Shown piece after piece: positions 37,111-50,849 of a DNA stretch of 64,000 bases. Within the stretch, counting starts at the first letter, position 1. Every line of letters starts with the position of its first letter. A model generated the notes under the pieces. The model did no database searches and was not told where the DNA came from. It worked only from the letters and a program-made list of their open reading frames with translations. Position numbers and translations under genes: made by a program. The stretch comes from Malacoraja senta (lineage: Eukaryota): contig CM075979.1 in NCBI GenBank assembly GCA_038087875.1, forward strand, positions 67,890,001 to 67,954,000. The letters are read 5' to 3'.

Positions 37111-38559
37111 GCTCTCTCTCCCTCCTGTGCTTATCCACTGTATCGAGTGCTGTTCGCATACACTGATGCTTGTGGCCGGGACTGCCACATTCCAGCTAGA
37201 TTGTGGAAGGAAAGAATGTCTAGTGTGACTCTTCCCACTCACCCCACCCGTCTATGAGTGAACGCATCTCTATCAATCTAAATACCTCCATGATGCCCAA
37301 GAGCTGAATTTTTGAGTGAGTTTGTGGGATTCAATTGTGATGCATTATTTGAGTGCTAATTTGTGCAGCTTTCTCATGCGGGGCAGTGCAGTGGCGCAGC
37401 AGTAGAGCTGGTGCTGTACAGCGCCAGAGACCCGGGTTTGATCCTGACTACAGGTGCTGTTTGTATGGAGTTTGTACATTCACATCCCACATGTGGGTAC
37501 TCCCACATTCCAAAGACGTGCAGGCTTGTGGGTTAATTGGCGTCAGTGATTATCCCTGGTGTGTAGGATATGGGGTGACCACTGGTCAGCGCGGACTCTG
37601 TGGTCCGACGGGCCTGTTTCCATGCCGCATCTAAGAACATAGAACAGTACAGCACAGGAACAGGCTCTTTGGCCCATAATGTCCGTGCAGAATATGATGC
37701 CAAGTGAAACTAATTCACTCTGTCCACATATGATCCATATCTCTCCATTCTGTACAGCTGGAGTACGGGTGATCGCTGGTTGTCATGGACTCGGTGGGCC
37801 GAACGGCCTGTTTCCACGCTGTATATCAAAAGTAAACTAAACTATGTGGACCTTGGGCTGCAGTTGGATCCCACTGCAAGTTGAGTTTAGTTTATTATCA
37901 CATGTACCGAGGTACAGTGAAAAGCTTTTATTGTGTGCTATCCAGTCAGCGACAAGCCGTAAATCGCAGTCTTTTATTCATAATAGGCCTTGCCGTCGGC
38001 TCCATTATACCCTGCATTAACATTGGAGCCTTGACCGGATTGCTTTATTTTCTACCGCACAGTGACATTAACCATTCTTAGAGACAATGATCTTTTTGTT
38101 CTCAGAAATTGCTGTTTTTCAAAGTGGCTGAATAATGTCCATACAAAGTTGGACATTGTGTCTGGTTACACGGCATTTTAGGAAGAGACAAACTTGAATT
38201 GATTTGGATGCAAATTTAATGGAGAAATTGTTCCGTTAAATACAAATTGTTCCTCCAGAGCATTTAGAATTCTATCTGATAACATCTATGGGCAGCGAAA
38301 ATGGCAAATGTACGCTCCTTTAACCAATTAGCTGATCTCTACCCCGCACACGCTCTGCACGGTAATGGCATTTACTACAGGCTATTTTAGCTTTGAAGAA
38401 AAGAGAGCTTTTTAATCAGTCTCCGGACAACTAAATTGGCAGATGTAAGCAGGCCTTTACACAATTACTCAATTTCCACCACACACGCACTGCACAGTAA
38501 TGGCATCTACACAGGTTCTCCGATCTGAAGGAAAGAGAGATTGCACTTGCATGGCACCT

Positions 38560-38838
38560 GTCAGAATTTCAAAAGTATTTTTTACAGCTGTTGGTGTACT
38601 TTTGCGGTGTAGTTACTGTTGTAGGAAAAGCAACGCACTGTGTGTATTGCACCTTCCTGTGAAGTGATAATGTTAGATTGTTTTTATAAATATCGCATGA
38701 GGGATAAATACTCTCTGAGAAATTGAGGATATAGCTCACACCTTTGAAATAATATCATGGTTAACTTGCACCCAACCAAGGAGCAGGTTTCAAATGGGCT
38801 GTGTGGCACTCCCTCCACTGAAGTGTCAACCCAAATAG
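38560..38838 (+). mobile_element. Ancient Deu-domain SINE remnant (SacSINE1/AmnSINE1-like)
   Basis: TTTACAGCTG..GTACTTTTGCGGTGTAGTTACTGTTGTAGGAAA..GAGGGATAAATA..GCACTCCCTC..GTGTCA, colinear with the recalled Deu consensus. Confidence 0.6.
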
Positions 38839-38914
38839 TTTTACAATTGATTGAGAGAAGCCTTTTGACCCACCGATTGGTTAGTCTTTAAGGTTTTAAC
38901 CTCAAAATAAGCAG

Positions 38915-39180
38915 CAGAGCTGGTGCCTCACAGAGCCAGAGACTCTGGTTCGATCCTGACTACGGGTGCTGTCTGTGCGCCGTTTGTACGTTCTCCCTGT
39001 GATCGTGTGGGTCTTCTCCTGGTGCTCCGGTTTCCCCACACACTGCAAAGACGTGCAGGTTTGTACATTGATTGGCTGGACAGGAAAATGGGATGACGTG
39101 GAACGAGTGTACAGATGATCGATGGACTCCGTGGGCTAAATGGCCTTTTTCCACGCTGTATCTTTAAAACTAAAACTAAA
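38915..39180 (+). mobile_element. HE1-like V-SINE
   Basis: Head, V-domain and tail. Confidence 0.85.
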
Positions 39181-41121
39181 ATAAGACTTGATGTCAAAGT
39201 AAATTTTTTACATGGGAATAGTTGAGAGCCACCCAGTGCCATGCCAGTAAATGTCTTGGTTGGTGCCACTGTTGCTTTTATTTATAGAAAGGATGATGCA
39301 AATTGCTGGAGTAACTCAGCGGGTACGGCATCTGCAGTTCTTGGTTATTACATAGAAAGGATGTTCTATTGTAAAACTGGCATGGGCTGACGGAATCACG
39401 CACCAGAGAAGTTATTGTGTTGCCTTAAAATATTCAAGGTCTATGCAGATTTCACAATAGTTGTTGATTACATTTCTTGTAAGTGCAGTAGTTTGTGATG
39501 CATTTTTTAAATCCAGGAAATATCCAGTTTTCAAACTTGGTTTCAAAAAAAGACACAAAGTGCTGGAGCAACATTGCCACAGATGGCTGTGGAGGCCAAG
39601 TCATTGGGTATTTTTAAGGTGGGGGTTGACAGATACTAGATTAATACAGATGTCTGGGTTATGGGGAGAAGGCAGGAGAATGGGGTTCAGAGGGAAAGAT
39701 AGATCAGCCATGATTGAATGGCGGAGTAGACTTGATGGGCCAGGTCGCATCTCTGGAGAACATTGAGTTCCCGACACAAAACGTCACCTATCCCTACTCT
39801 CCAGGGGTGTTGCCTGATGTGCTGAGTTACTCCAGCCCTCTGAGAACGATTTCTGTTGTAGAGTTATACGGTACAGAAACAGGCCCTTTAGCCCACCATG
39901 TCTATGCTGACCATTACTTTTGCCCCTTTCCACGCTAATTACATTTGCCCACCTTAGGACCATATCCTTTACATCTTGACTATTTAAGTGCCTGTCTAAA
40001 TGTCTCTGAAATGTAGTGTTTGTATCTGACTCCACCATCTCCTCTGGCAGTGAGTTCCTGACACCAATCACACTTTGCAAGTAAAGAAAAACTCCTTCCT
40101 CTTTCCTTAAACCTAAAGTCACTTGTTGTTGACACCATCAACAATTTTGACCAATTACCCTATCTATACCTCGCATGATCTTGTATGTAGTTGAGGGATG
40201 ATCTGACTTCTGTCTCGAGAAACAAACCGTATACTGTCCAATCTCTCCGCATTACCATAATGACCTCAAATAGATTATTTGTATTAAAGATAGACACAGA
40301 TCATGAGACATAAGAGCACTATTATTCCATTCGGACCACCGAGGCTGCTCGACCATTCGTTCATGGCTGATCTATTTTTCCCTCTCAACCCCATTCTCCT
40401 GCCTTCTCCCTGTAACCTTTGATGCCCTTACTAATCAAGAACCTATCAATCTCTGCTTTAAATATACTCAATGACTTGCCCTCCACCACCATCTGTGGCA
40501 ATGAATTCCACAGATTCGCCACCCCCCCCCCCCCGCTGGCTAAAGAAATTCCTCATCATCACCATTGTAAATGTACGTCCTTTTATTCTGAGGCTGTGCC
40601 CTCTGGTCCTAGACTCTGGTGGAAACAAAAGCTGCCTTTCATGTTTTATTATCTGCATGTACCCTGAAGATGACGGATTTTTAAAATAACTAATTATCTT
40701 GTCCTGCAACATCGAGAGTCACTTTTGTATATAATTGTTTGAAGAGAAAAATAAATAAAAATGTGTTCTCCAGAGTTTTCACTGGTGTGGATGAATAGAT
40801 GATTGAATTGTTGGTTCTGAAATCAACTCTGTTTGAAGTTGTGATTGTTGTGCTTCCAGTTGAAAACTAACCTGTGCTTTTTCTTTACTGATACTTGGAA
40901 ATGATGTACAGTGAATAACAGATGGCTTGAAATATTCCACATTAATGCTCCTGTAAATGTACCCTAGTTTCTTCAGAACTCTATCTCCATTTTTTGAAAA
41001 GGACTGACCCAGTTGCTCTTACCAAAATGGAAGCACCACCCCTTTCCCCCAAATTCTCACTACATGGATAACAGGAGCATACGTGATCACCGTACTGAAA
41101 AAGTAATGCAAAGGGCTGATC

Positions 41122-41398
41122 TAGACTTTAGACTTTAAAGACACAGTGCAGAAACAGGCCCTTTGGCCTATCGAGTCCGTGCCGACCAGCGATTACCCTG
41201 TATACTAGCACTATCCCACACACTTGGGGCAATTTACAATGTACAGAAGCCAATTAACCTATGAACTTGCACGTCTTGGAGTGTGGGAGGAAACCGGAGC
41301 TCCTGGACAAAATCCACGTGGTCACGGGAAGAACGTACAAACTCTGTACCAGGGTCTCTGGCACTGTAAGGCAGCAACTCTACCACTGTGCCGCCGTG
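41122..41398 (-). mobile_element. HE1-like V-SINE
   Basis: Head, V-domain and tail. Confidence 0.85.
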
Positions 41399-41879
41399 GA
41401 TTCTTTGAGTCGTACAGTCCTACAAGAGGAAACAGGCCCTTCGGCCCAACATGTCTGTGCTCAAGATGCTCCTTCCAAGCTGGTCCCATTTACCATGTCC
41501 CTCTAAAGCTTTCCTACTTATTGGAACACCCCTGGAAGTTGCTCAGTCGAATGGGCAGTAAATGCCGGGAATTGCAGTGATAGACACACTCTGTAGATGA
41601 GTTACCCTGGTGCATCATCCCCGTGCTGTTTGTAGAACCCCATGGCTTCTCACTAGCCCACTTTACTTGGTAGTAGATAATTGATCCACAGGGCAGAATG
41701 ACAGGAAGACAAAGAAAAGCTGACCAGATTGTGCGTGACCTGAAAGGTATCATGGCAAGCTACAAAGGGAGCGATCCTGCCCTCAGCTGCATGCCTTCGT
41801 CAGTTCAGTTCCCTCTCTGGCCTCTGCCTCCTGCGCTGCTCCCATGAAGCCTAACATTGACGAGACAAACAGCGTAGCT

Positions 41880-42400
41880 TAGAGTTTAGTTTAATTTAAA
41901 GATACACCGCAGAAAAATCCCTTCGGCCCAACGAATCCATGCCGACCAGCGATCACCCCGTACATTAGCGCTATCCTGCACACTTGGGGCAATTTATAAT
42001 CTTTACTGAAGCCAATTAACCAATAAATCTTTGGAGTGTGGGCGGAAACCGGAGCACCAGTGGGTGGCAACGGTTGTGCAGCAGTAGCGTTGCTGCCTCC
42101 CAGCGCCAGAGACCCAGGTTCAATCCTGACTATGAGTGCTGTCTGTACGGAGTTTGTTTGTACGTTCTCCCCTCCGACATCCCAAAAGTTTGTAGGTTAA
42201 TTGGCTTTGGTAAAAATTGTAAATTGTCCTAGTGTGTAGTGGTGGGTCGAAGAGTCTGTTTCCGCTCTATATCTAAACTAAACACACGCAGGTCACGGGG
42301 AGAATGTACAAACTGTACAGAAAGCACCCGTAGTCGGGATAGAACCTAGATCTCTGGCGCTGTAAGGCAGTAACTCTACTGCTGCACGATTGTGCCACGC
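41880..42400 (-). mobile_element. HE1-like SINE with a second, + strand SINE nested at about 42062-42281
   Basis: The minus copy is split at GGAGCACC|...|CACACGCAGGTCACGGG. Confidence 0.8.
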
Positions 42401-42822
42401 TGTGGAGTTCTTCCGGTAGTTTACCTTTTTTGTGATAAAATTATAAATGTGGTTGAGATCTGTACTACTTTATTCAACTGTGCAGTTTTAAGGATAGTGT
42501 GTTTGTATATTCCTCCTGATTATTTTTATTATTGCTAACTTTAATTGCATCTATCAACAAGGCTCGGTTACGGGACTGGAACCAACCGCACATTTCACAA
42601 TTCCAGACAGCCGGCAGCTCTGCCATTTTGATGCCAGTTATCCAGTGATATTGTGTTTGTGCTTCTGTCCCACGCCCTGCGGGAGTTGGCCAGAGCGTTC
42701 TGTCAGAGAGATGTTTTTGCTGCCAGTGGGGGTTGAATTCCTGTATCCCAGGGGTGAGAAAGACAACTTGCTGAAGGTATTGGAGCCCGCCACTCAGTCC
42801 ATTCCTTACACCAAGAGCATTT

Positions 42823-42955
42823 GAGTCTGAAGAAGGGTCTCGACCCGAAATGTCACCCATTCCTTCTCTCCAGAGATGCTGCCTGTCCCGCTGAGTTACT
42901 CCAGCAGTTTGTGTCAACCTTCAATTTAAACCGGCATCTGCAGTTTTTTCCTGCA
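42823..42955 (+). mobile_element. PLE pLTR with a near-intact hammerhead core (42827-42854)
   Basis: CTGAAGA-A-GGGTCTCGACCC-GAAAT-GTC, flanked by the repeat CATTTGA. Confidence 0.75.
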
Positions 42956-43332
42956 CATTTGATGCCTTGCAGCTGGCGAGAAAACTGTTTTTCTCCTGAG
43001 TTGAACCTTCCTCTGTTTGCTTGTGGCTAGCTCATGCCTTCCATTACAGCCATGGTTAAGATTGCCTGCTTCTGCAGCATTGTATTTATTTAGGTGATGC
43101 TCTAATAAGATTTTGCAAGGGCAGCTGGTGGAGTTGCTGCCCCACAACGCCAGAGACTCGGGTTCGATCCTGACTACAGGTGCTGTCTGTATGGAGTTTG
43201 TACGTTCTCCCTGTGACCGCGTGGGTTTCCTCTGGGTGCTCATGTTTCCTCCCACATCCTAAAGATGTGTGGGTTTATAGGTGAATTGACTTCTGTAAAT
43301 TGTCCCTAGTATGTAGGAAAGAACTAGCGTGT

Positions 43333-44522
43333 GTAGACACAAAATGCTGGATAACTTGGCGGGACTGGCATCTGCTCTGGAGAGAAGGAATGGGTGCCGT
43401 CTCGGGTCGAGACCCTTCTTCAGTCTGATGTCAGGGGAGTGGGCGGGACAGAGATGGAATGTAGTCAGAGACAGTAAGACTGGTGGGAGAACTGGGGAGG
43501 GGATGGAGAGAGAGAGGGAAAGCAAGGGCTACTTGAACTTAGAGAAGTCAATGTTCATACCGCTGGGGTGTAAGCTACCCAAGCAAAATATGAGGTACTG
43601 TTCCTCCAATTTGTGCTGGGCCTCACTCTGGCAATGGAGGAAGCCCAGGACAGAAAGGTCAGATTGGGAATGGGAGGGGAAGTTAAAGTGCTGAGCAACC
43701 GGGAGATCGGGTAGGTTAAGACGGACTGAACGGAGGTGTTCAGCGAAATGATCACCGAGCCTGCACTTGGTGTCACCGATGTACAGAAGTTGACACCTGG
43801 AACAGCGGATACAATAGATGAGGTTGGAGGAGGTGCAAATGAACCTCTGCCTCACCTGAAAAGACTGTCGGGGTCCTTGGATGGAGTCGAGAGGGGAGGT
43901 AAAGGGACAGGTGTTGCATCTACTGTGGTTGCTGGGGAAAGTACCTGGGGAGGGGGTGGTTTGGGTGGGAAGGGACAAGTTGACCAGGGAGTTGCGGAGG
44001 GAATGGTCTGTGCGGAAAGTAGAAGGGGTGGAGATGGGGAGATGTGGCCAGTAGTGGGATCCCATTGGAGGTGGCGAAAGTGTTGGAGGATTATATGCTG
44101 TATTCGACGGCTGGGGTGAAAGGCGAGAACAAGGGGGACCGTCCTTGTTACGAATGGGGGGAGGAGGAGCAAGAGCGGATCTGCGGGATATCGAGGAGAC
44201 CCTAGTGAGAGCCTCATCTATAATGGAAGAGGGGAACCCCCGTTTCCTAAAGAATGAGGACATCTCCGATGATCTAGTATGGAAAACCTCATCATGGGCG
44301 CAGATGTGGCATAGACAAACGGAGTAGGGGATAGAATCTTTACAGGAAACAGGGTGGGGAGAAGTGTAGTCTAGATAGCTATGGGAATCAGTAGATTTGT
44401 AGCAGATGTCAGTCGATAGTCTGTCTCTTGTGATGGAGATGGTGAGATCCAGAAACGGTTGGGAGATGTCGGAGGTGGTCCAGGTGAATTGAGTGCAGGA
44501 TGGAAATTAGTCATGAAGTTGA
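43333..44522 (-). mobile_element. 5'-truncated Penelope-like retroelement (RT thumb, GIY-YIG endonuclease, pLTR)
   Basis: NFHPAL..PFLDLTISI..STDICYKSTDSHSYLDY, then RCNTC..FICTSSNLIYCIRCSRCQLLYIGDT..FAEH..VAQHFN..KLEEQYLIFCLGSLHPSGMN. Contains frameshifts. Confidence 0.93.
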
Positions 44523-44651
44523 TGACCAGGTGGGTTTTCTCCGGGTGCTCCAGTTTCCTCCCACACTCCAAAGATGTACAGGTTTGTAGGTTAATTGGCT
44601 TTGGTAAAATGGTTAATTGTACCTGGTGTGTATGATGTTGTTAGTGTACAG

Positions 44652-45110
44652 CAGGGGTCGGCAACCTAAGGCCCCCGGGCCGAATGCGGCCCGTAACCCA
44701 AAATCATCCGGCCCGCAGGCTGATTTTTTTTCCCCCCGTAATCGTCCGGCCTGTCCCGAGAGCCCGCCGTTATCGCGGTCGAGCTCTGGCTGTATGGCAT
44801 CCTGCGCAAAACCACCGGCACGGTCGCGCACCTTCTGTGAACACGTTTAAGAAAGAACTGCTGATGCTGGAAAAATCGAATGTGGACAAAAATGCTGGAG
44901 AAACTCAGCGGGTGAGACATGCATAGATTGCATGAGGCTGCCCCACCCGCTCAAATTCTCCAGCACTACCTTCTGTGAACACGTGATTTGATGCCTGCCA
45001 TCCGGGGCGGGATGGGGGCAGGACCCATGTGTACATGTGAGAGATGTGGCCCGCCATCCGCTCACAGACAGGCGTCCGGCCCCTATGCAGAACTAGGTTG
45101 CCGACCCCTG
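44652..45110. mobile_element. hAT (Charlie-like) MITE inserted in an HE1 SINE
   Basis: Perfect TIR CAGGGGTCGGCAACCTA / TAGGTTGCCGACCCCTG and an 8-bp TSD GTGTACAG (44644-44651 and 45111-45118). Confidence 0.93.
44847..44967. mobile_element. Fold-back PLE pLTR pair nested in the hAT MITE
   Basis: 17-bp TSD ACCTTCTGTGAACACGT (44830-44846 and 44968-44984). Confidence 0.88.
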
Positions 45111-45996
45111 GTGTACAGGGTGATGATCGTTGGTTGGCAAGGACTCGGTGGGCTGAAGGGCCTTTTTTCACACTGTATCTCTGAAATCTAAAGTCAGGAT
45201 CCAATCCTGGCACTGTGAGGCAGTGGCTCCACCACCTGCGCCACAGTTCAGTGGTTGACCAATTAATAAACTAAACTGGGTCACAAACCCCTACTATTTT
45301 TTTGTCCTTTCTGGATAGCTAGTTTAGTTAGTTTGGTTTATTATTATTATTTTATTATTATCACGTGTACCAAGGTACAGTGAAAAGCTTAGACTTTGGA
45401 GAATAGTCTGAAAAAGGGTACTGAGCTAAAACGTCAGTCTGAAGACTGGTTCCGCCCGGAATCGCACTTTTCCTTTTCTCCAGAGAGGCTGCCTGACCCA
45501 CTGAGTTACCCACGCATTTTGTGTCTATCTGCACTATGAACCAGCATCTGCACTTCTTTCCAACATGCACAGTGAAAAGCAGGGTGCCAGTGCATCTAGT
45601 CCCAGCTTTCAAACGCCTTTAAAGTTGGGGGAGGGAGGTGGGGGGGGTTGTGGGTGAGAGGCGGATGTTGAACGATGGGGTCATTGCAGTGGTGAAAAGG
45701 GGATTGCAACTCTGGTCCGTTTGAGCTCGCAGGCGAACAATGAGGCTGTAACTGGAGAATCTTTGTAGCTGCACAACAGATGTGGAGCCCCACCAGCTTG
45801 CCTTTGACTCGGTGACTGATGGCTCCTATTTCCCGAGGGCTTCTTTTAAAAGAAAATAAAAACACAGTTAGAGCTGCGTATTATAGCTCTTTATAAATGT
45901 GAGGCAGCTGCAAAGATATTTATTTCTTGTGTCTTGCTAATTCTGTTTTTTTTTAATTTTTTTAATGGAAGCTCTCAGCCATCACACCAAGAGGAT

Positions 45997-46285
45997 CGCA
46001 CGGTGACGCAGCGGGTAGATCTGCTGCCTCACAGTGCCAGACACTAGGTTCAATCCTGACTTCGGGTGCTGTCTGTATGAAGTTTATACGTTCTCATTTT
46101 GACCGGGTGGATTTTCTCCGGGTGCTCCAGTTTTCTTTCGCACTCCAAAGACGTACAGGGTTGTAGGTTAATTGGCTTCACTAAAAATTGTAAATAGTCT
46201 CTAGTGTGTAGAGTACAGGGTGATCGCTAGTCGGCCCTGGACTCAGTGGGCTGAAGGTCCCTTTTCTGCGCTGTATCTCTAAAGT
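45997..46285 (+). mobile_element. HE1-like V-SINE
   Basis: Full-length match to the other copies. Confidence 0.88.
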
Positions 46286-47261
46286 CTACCAAATGATTAA
46301 TTTTCTGCTGTGTGGAAATATTGCCAAATATTTGGGAATGATTCCAGGGATGATTGGGTTACATATGATGAGCATTTGACGGCACTGGGCCTGTACTCGC
46401 TGGAGTTTAGAAGGATAAGGGGTGACCTCATTGAAACGTAGCAAATAACGAAAGGCCTGGGTGGAGTGGATGCGGAGACGATGTTTGCCTGGAGCCTCGG
46501 ACCAGAGGGCAGAGCCTGAGAATAAAAGGATGTATCTTTAGAAAGGAGATGAGGAGCAATGTCGTTTAGTCAGAGGGTGGTCAATCTGTGGAGAAGGCAG
46601 GAGAATGGGGTTGAGAGGGAAAGATAAATCAGCCACGATTGAATGTCAGAGTAATAATAATAATAATAATAATCATTTTATTTACTGGCGCCTTTCTAAA
46701 ACCCAAGGACACCTTACAATGCATAGAATCTCAAAAAAAAAATACAAGTAGACTTGATGGGCTGAATTCTACTCCTTTATTAACTTATTGTGTGCGCCTG
46801 TAATTTCCAAATCCGGCTGAGTGTGGGAAAGGAACTTCAGCTGAACCTTTCCTTGTTCGCCTGCTGGGGTATTGTTTTTTTAACTCCAGACACCACAGTA
46901 TGAGGAGGATACGAAGGTCAGGGACAAGCTGGGGCGGACATTTCAACAGGAAAACACCTGGGTGAAGGGACTTCAGTTCAGTGGAGGCGCAGAGAATCTG
47001 AATGTATTCTGGAGCAGCGAAAGTTGGAGGAATTTAATAGAAGTGGTCAGAATGAGATGTTTTTGACAGCAGATTGGGAGAGAATGTTTCCACTGACAGG
47101 GACCAATAATCAGAAATGATAACACGGTCAGCACGGTGGCGCAGCGATAGAGTTGCTGCCTTACGGCGCCAGAAACCCGGGTTTGATCCTGACTACGGAG
47201 CTTGTGCATTCTCCCTGTGACCGCATGGGCTTTCTCCGGGTGCTCCGGTGTCCACCTACAC

Positions 47262-47808
47262 TATTGTGAGCAATTTTCGGCACCATATCTGAGGAAGGAT
47301 GTGCGGGGCTCTGGAGAGGGTCCAGAGGAGGTTTACAAGAAGGATCCCAGGAATGAATGGGTTAACCAATGATGAGCGTTTGTAGGCACTGGGCCTGTAC
47401 TCGCTGGAGTTAGAAGAATAAGAGGGGACCTCATTGAAACATAATAGTTCAGGCTATTATAGTGAATAGTGAAAGGCTTGGATAGAGCGGATATAGAGAG
47501 GATGTTTCCACTAGTGGGAGAGTCATAGCCTCAGAATTAAAGGACGTTGTTTTAGGAAGGAGATGAGGAGAAATTTCTTTAGTCAGAGGTTAGTAAATCT
47601 GTGGAATTCTTTGCCACAGAAGGCTGCGGAGGCCGTCAGTGGATATTTTTAAGGCAGAGATAGATAGATTCTTGATTAGTACCGGTGTCAGGGGTTATGG
47701 GGAGAAGGCAGGAGAATGGGGTTACGAGGAAGAGATAGATCAGCCATGATTGAATGGTGGAATAGACTTGATGGACCGAGTTATACTCCTATCACTTATG
47801 ACCTTATG
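47262..47808 (+). mobile_element. CR1 3' fragment inserted in an HE1 SINE (47130-47950)
   Basis: The SINE V-domain is split by degenerate CR1 ORF2 end and 3' UTR sequence. Confidence 0.82.
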
Positions 47809-49029
47809 ACACCAAAGATGTACAGGTTTGTAGGTTAATTAGCTTGGTAAAAATAATAAATTGCCCCTAGTGTGTGTAGGATAGTACTAGTGTGCAAGGA
47901 TCGCTGAGCGCCGTGGCCTTGGTGTTTCCGCACTGTATCTTTAAACTAGATTAAACCAAACAAGTACTGCTTGCTTCATTTTTACATTGTACAATGTCTA
48001 CGGACACTTCATGGCAGTTTTGATGCATTAAGCTTGATACCAACCTGTACAAAACATTCCCCTGCATCCCCTCTCTCTCCGTCCTACCCCCACCCTAGTC
48101 ATCCTACTAGTTTCACTTTTGTCCTGCTTAGTTTAACTGTTCATATCCCTCGTTATCACCCTTTCTATAGCCAACAATGGACCATTGTGGGCTCCACCTT
48201 TCATTAGTCATGGTGCTGGCTTTGATTTCTTTTAGACCTTTGATTCTTTTGTTCGGTGTACCTTTTCATACCTCTAGTTTCCCTCCTCCCCTGACTATCA
48301 GTCGGAAGAAGGGTCTCGACCCGATAGGTTCCCTATTCCTTTTCTCTGGAGATGCTGCCTGACCCACTGAGTTACCACAGCATTTTGTCTGTTTTCGGTG
48401 TAAACCGTATCTGCAGTTCCTTCCTGCACAAGACATCACCAGATGAATGTGCCTTGAAGATGGATGGACAGGGAAGTGTGGTGGGAAGATTGTGGCGGGG
48501 GGTTGAGGGTTAGACAATAGGTGCAGGAGTAGGCCATTCTGCCCTTCGAGCCAGCACCGCCATTCAATGTGATCATGGCTGATCATCCACAATCAGTACC
48601 CCGTTCCTGCCTTCTCCCCGTATCCCCTGAGTTAGAGTTTGTGAGATGCTCAGAAGATGTCAGCAGAAGCCACTGAAAATAATATTCACACAGCACAGAA
48701 ACGGGCCCTTCAGCCCAACTTGCCCATGCTGACCAAGGTGACCCATTGATGCTGGTCCCACCTGCCCACGTTTGACCCATTTCCCTCTAAACAGTTCCTA
48801 TTCGTGTGTTTGTCCAAATGTTTTTTTCATATTGAATAGAACTTTCAATTTGATGGTGCTGCTAATGCAGGGGCCGGGGTAATGGGTGAATGGGGTGCAA
48901 GCTAGGATCATCGGGTTTCGAGAGGGATACTGGGATACAAACAGTGGAATTAGCAGGATGACTAGGGTGAGGGAGGGGCAGAGAGAGTAAATGCAGGAAT
49001 TAATTGAAATTAGAGAAATCAACATTCAT

Positions 49030-49525
49030 ACTGCTGAGCGATTGTTTCGCTGAACACTTACGCTCGGCCCGCCTTGGCCTACGCGATCTTCCGGTTGTCA
49101 AACATTTAACTCCCTTCCCATTCCCAGACTGACCTTACTGTTCTGGGCCTCCTCCACTGTCAAAGTGTGGCCACACACATATCGGAAGAACAGCACCTCA
49201 TATTTCACTTGGGCAGCAGTGGTATGAACATTGATTTCTCTCATTTCAAGTAACCCTTGCATTCCCTCTCTTCCCCCTCCTCCCCCACCCTAGTCGTCCT
49301 ACCAGTTTCACTGTTCATATCCCTGAATCCCTCTCGTTCCTCAGCCAGCAATGGGCCATTACTCCACCCTTCCTTGGTCATCTGTTGCTGGCCTTGATTT
49401 GTTCTGGCCTTTTCAAGTTTCCCTTCGCCCCCCCCCCCCCCCTCCCACCACCACTTCAGTCTGAGGAAGGGTTCCGACTCAAGCCGTCACCCATCCTTTT
49501 CCTCCAGAGATGCTGCCTGAGTTAT
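49030..49525 (+). mobile_element. Penelope-like 3' fragment
   Basis: GCTGAACACTTACGCTCGG...GAAGAACAGCACCTCATATTT (GIY-YIG end) followed by the pLTR. Confidence 0.8.
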
Positions 49526-50099
49526 TCCAGCACATGTCCGTGCCGAACTTGATGCCAAGAAAAACAAATGTCTTCTGCCTGCACGTGATCCATATCCCTC
49601 CATTCCTTGCATATCCATGTGCCTATCTAAAAGCCTCTTAAATGCCACGATCGCATCGGCCTCCAGCACCTTGGGATGAAGAGGAAAAACCCCTGCGTAC
49701 ACCCAGTTTTTGTGTGTGATCAGCCGCTAAGGACTAATTCTCTGGACACTGAGTTCAGATCCCACCATGCAACCAAGGAATCCCAACATGCAATTAAGTG
49801 AATCTTGAATTTAAAACTTTTCTATGAAACCAGTGCAATGGGTTTAAAACCACAATAGCTCCCCTGATGTACGGCAAGGAAGGAAATCTGCTTCCCTTTC
49901 CGCAGATGCTGCCTGACCTCGACTGTTTCTTTGGCATTTTCTGCTCTTGATTCAGATTTCCAGCATTTGTTTTGGCTTCTTGAAGGTGTTGCCTTATCTG
50001 GTCTACTCTACATCTAACTTAAGATTTACAACCATGTGGCTAACTACACTGTCAAATGACCACACTAGGGCCAAATAGGAATAGGTATGATTTTACAAC

Positions 50100-50388
50100 T
50101 TTAGAGATACAGCATGGAAACTGGCTCTTCGGCCCACCGAGTCGGTATCAACCAGTGATCACTGTACACTAGCACTACAAACTGGGGACAATTTACAATT
50201 TTTACCGAAGCCAATTAACCTACAAACCTGCACGCCTTTGGAGTGTGGGAGGAAACCGAAGCACCCGGAGAAAACCCATGCAGTCACAGTGAGAACATAC
50301 AAACTCCACACAGACAGCACCCATAGTCAGGATAGAACCTGGGTCTCTGGCGCTGTAAGACAGCTCTAACACTGGCCACTGTGCCACC
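50100..50388 (-). mobile_element. HE1-like V-SINE
   Basis: Full-length match to the other copies. Confidence 0.88.
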
Positions 50389-50649
50389 CGAAGGTCTTGC
50401 CACATTCTGTTCCTTTTTCAAATGTTCAGCGTCTTGCTTTTTTGGCTTCTTGGAACTGTTGTCTTTATCTGGTTCAGTCTGTATGCACCTTCACATTTGC
50501 AGCCACGTGGTTAACTACTCTCTCAAAGGACCACACTCGGGTCAAATAGGAGTAGATGGTCACAAAATGCTGCAGAAACTCTGCCGGTCAGGCAGCGTCT
50601 CTGAGAAATGGAATAGGTGACGTTCTCGTGTCTGACAACCCTTCCTTCA

Positions 50650-50849
50650 NNNNNNNNNNNNNNNNNNNNNNNNNNNNNNNNNNNNNNNNNNNNNNNNNNN
50701 NNNNNNNNNNNNNNNNNNNNNNNNNNNNNNNNNNNNNNNNNNNNNNNNNNNNNNNNNNNNNNNNNNNNNNNNNNNNNNNNNNNNNNNNNNNNNNNNNNNN
50801 NNNNNNNNNNNNNNNNNNNNNNNNNNNNNNNNNNNNNNNNNNNNNNNNN
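50650..50849. other. 200-N assembly gap
   Basis: Exactly 200 N. Confidence 0.95.

Noticed and set aside
38340-38540. Degenerate direct repeat of about 60 bp at about 137-bp spacing
   Set aside because: Consistent with an old local tandem duplication; no further structure seen.
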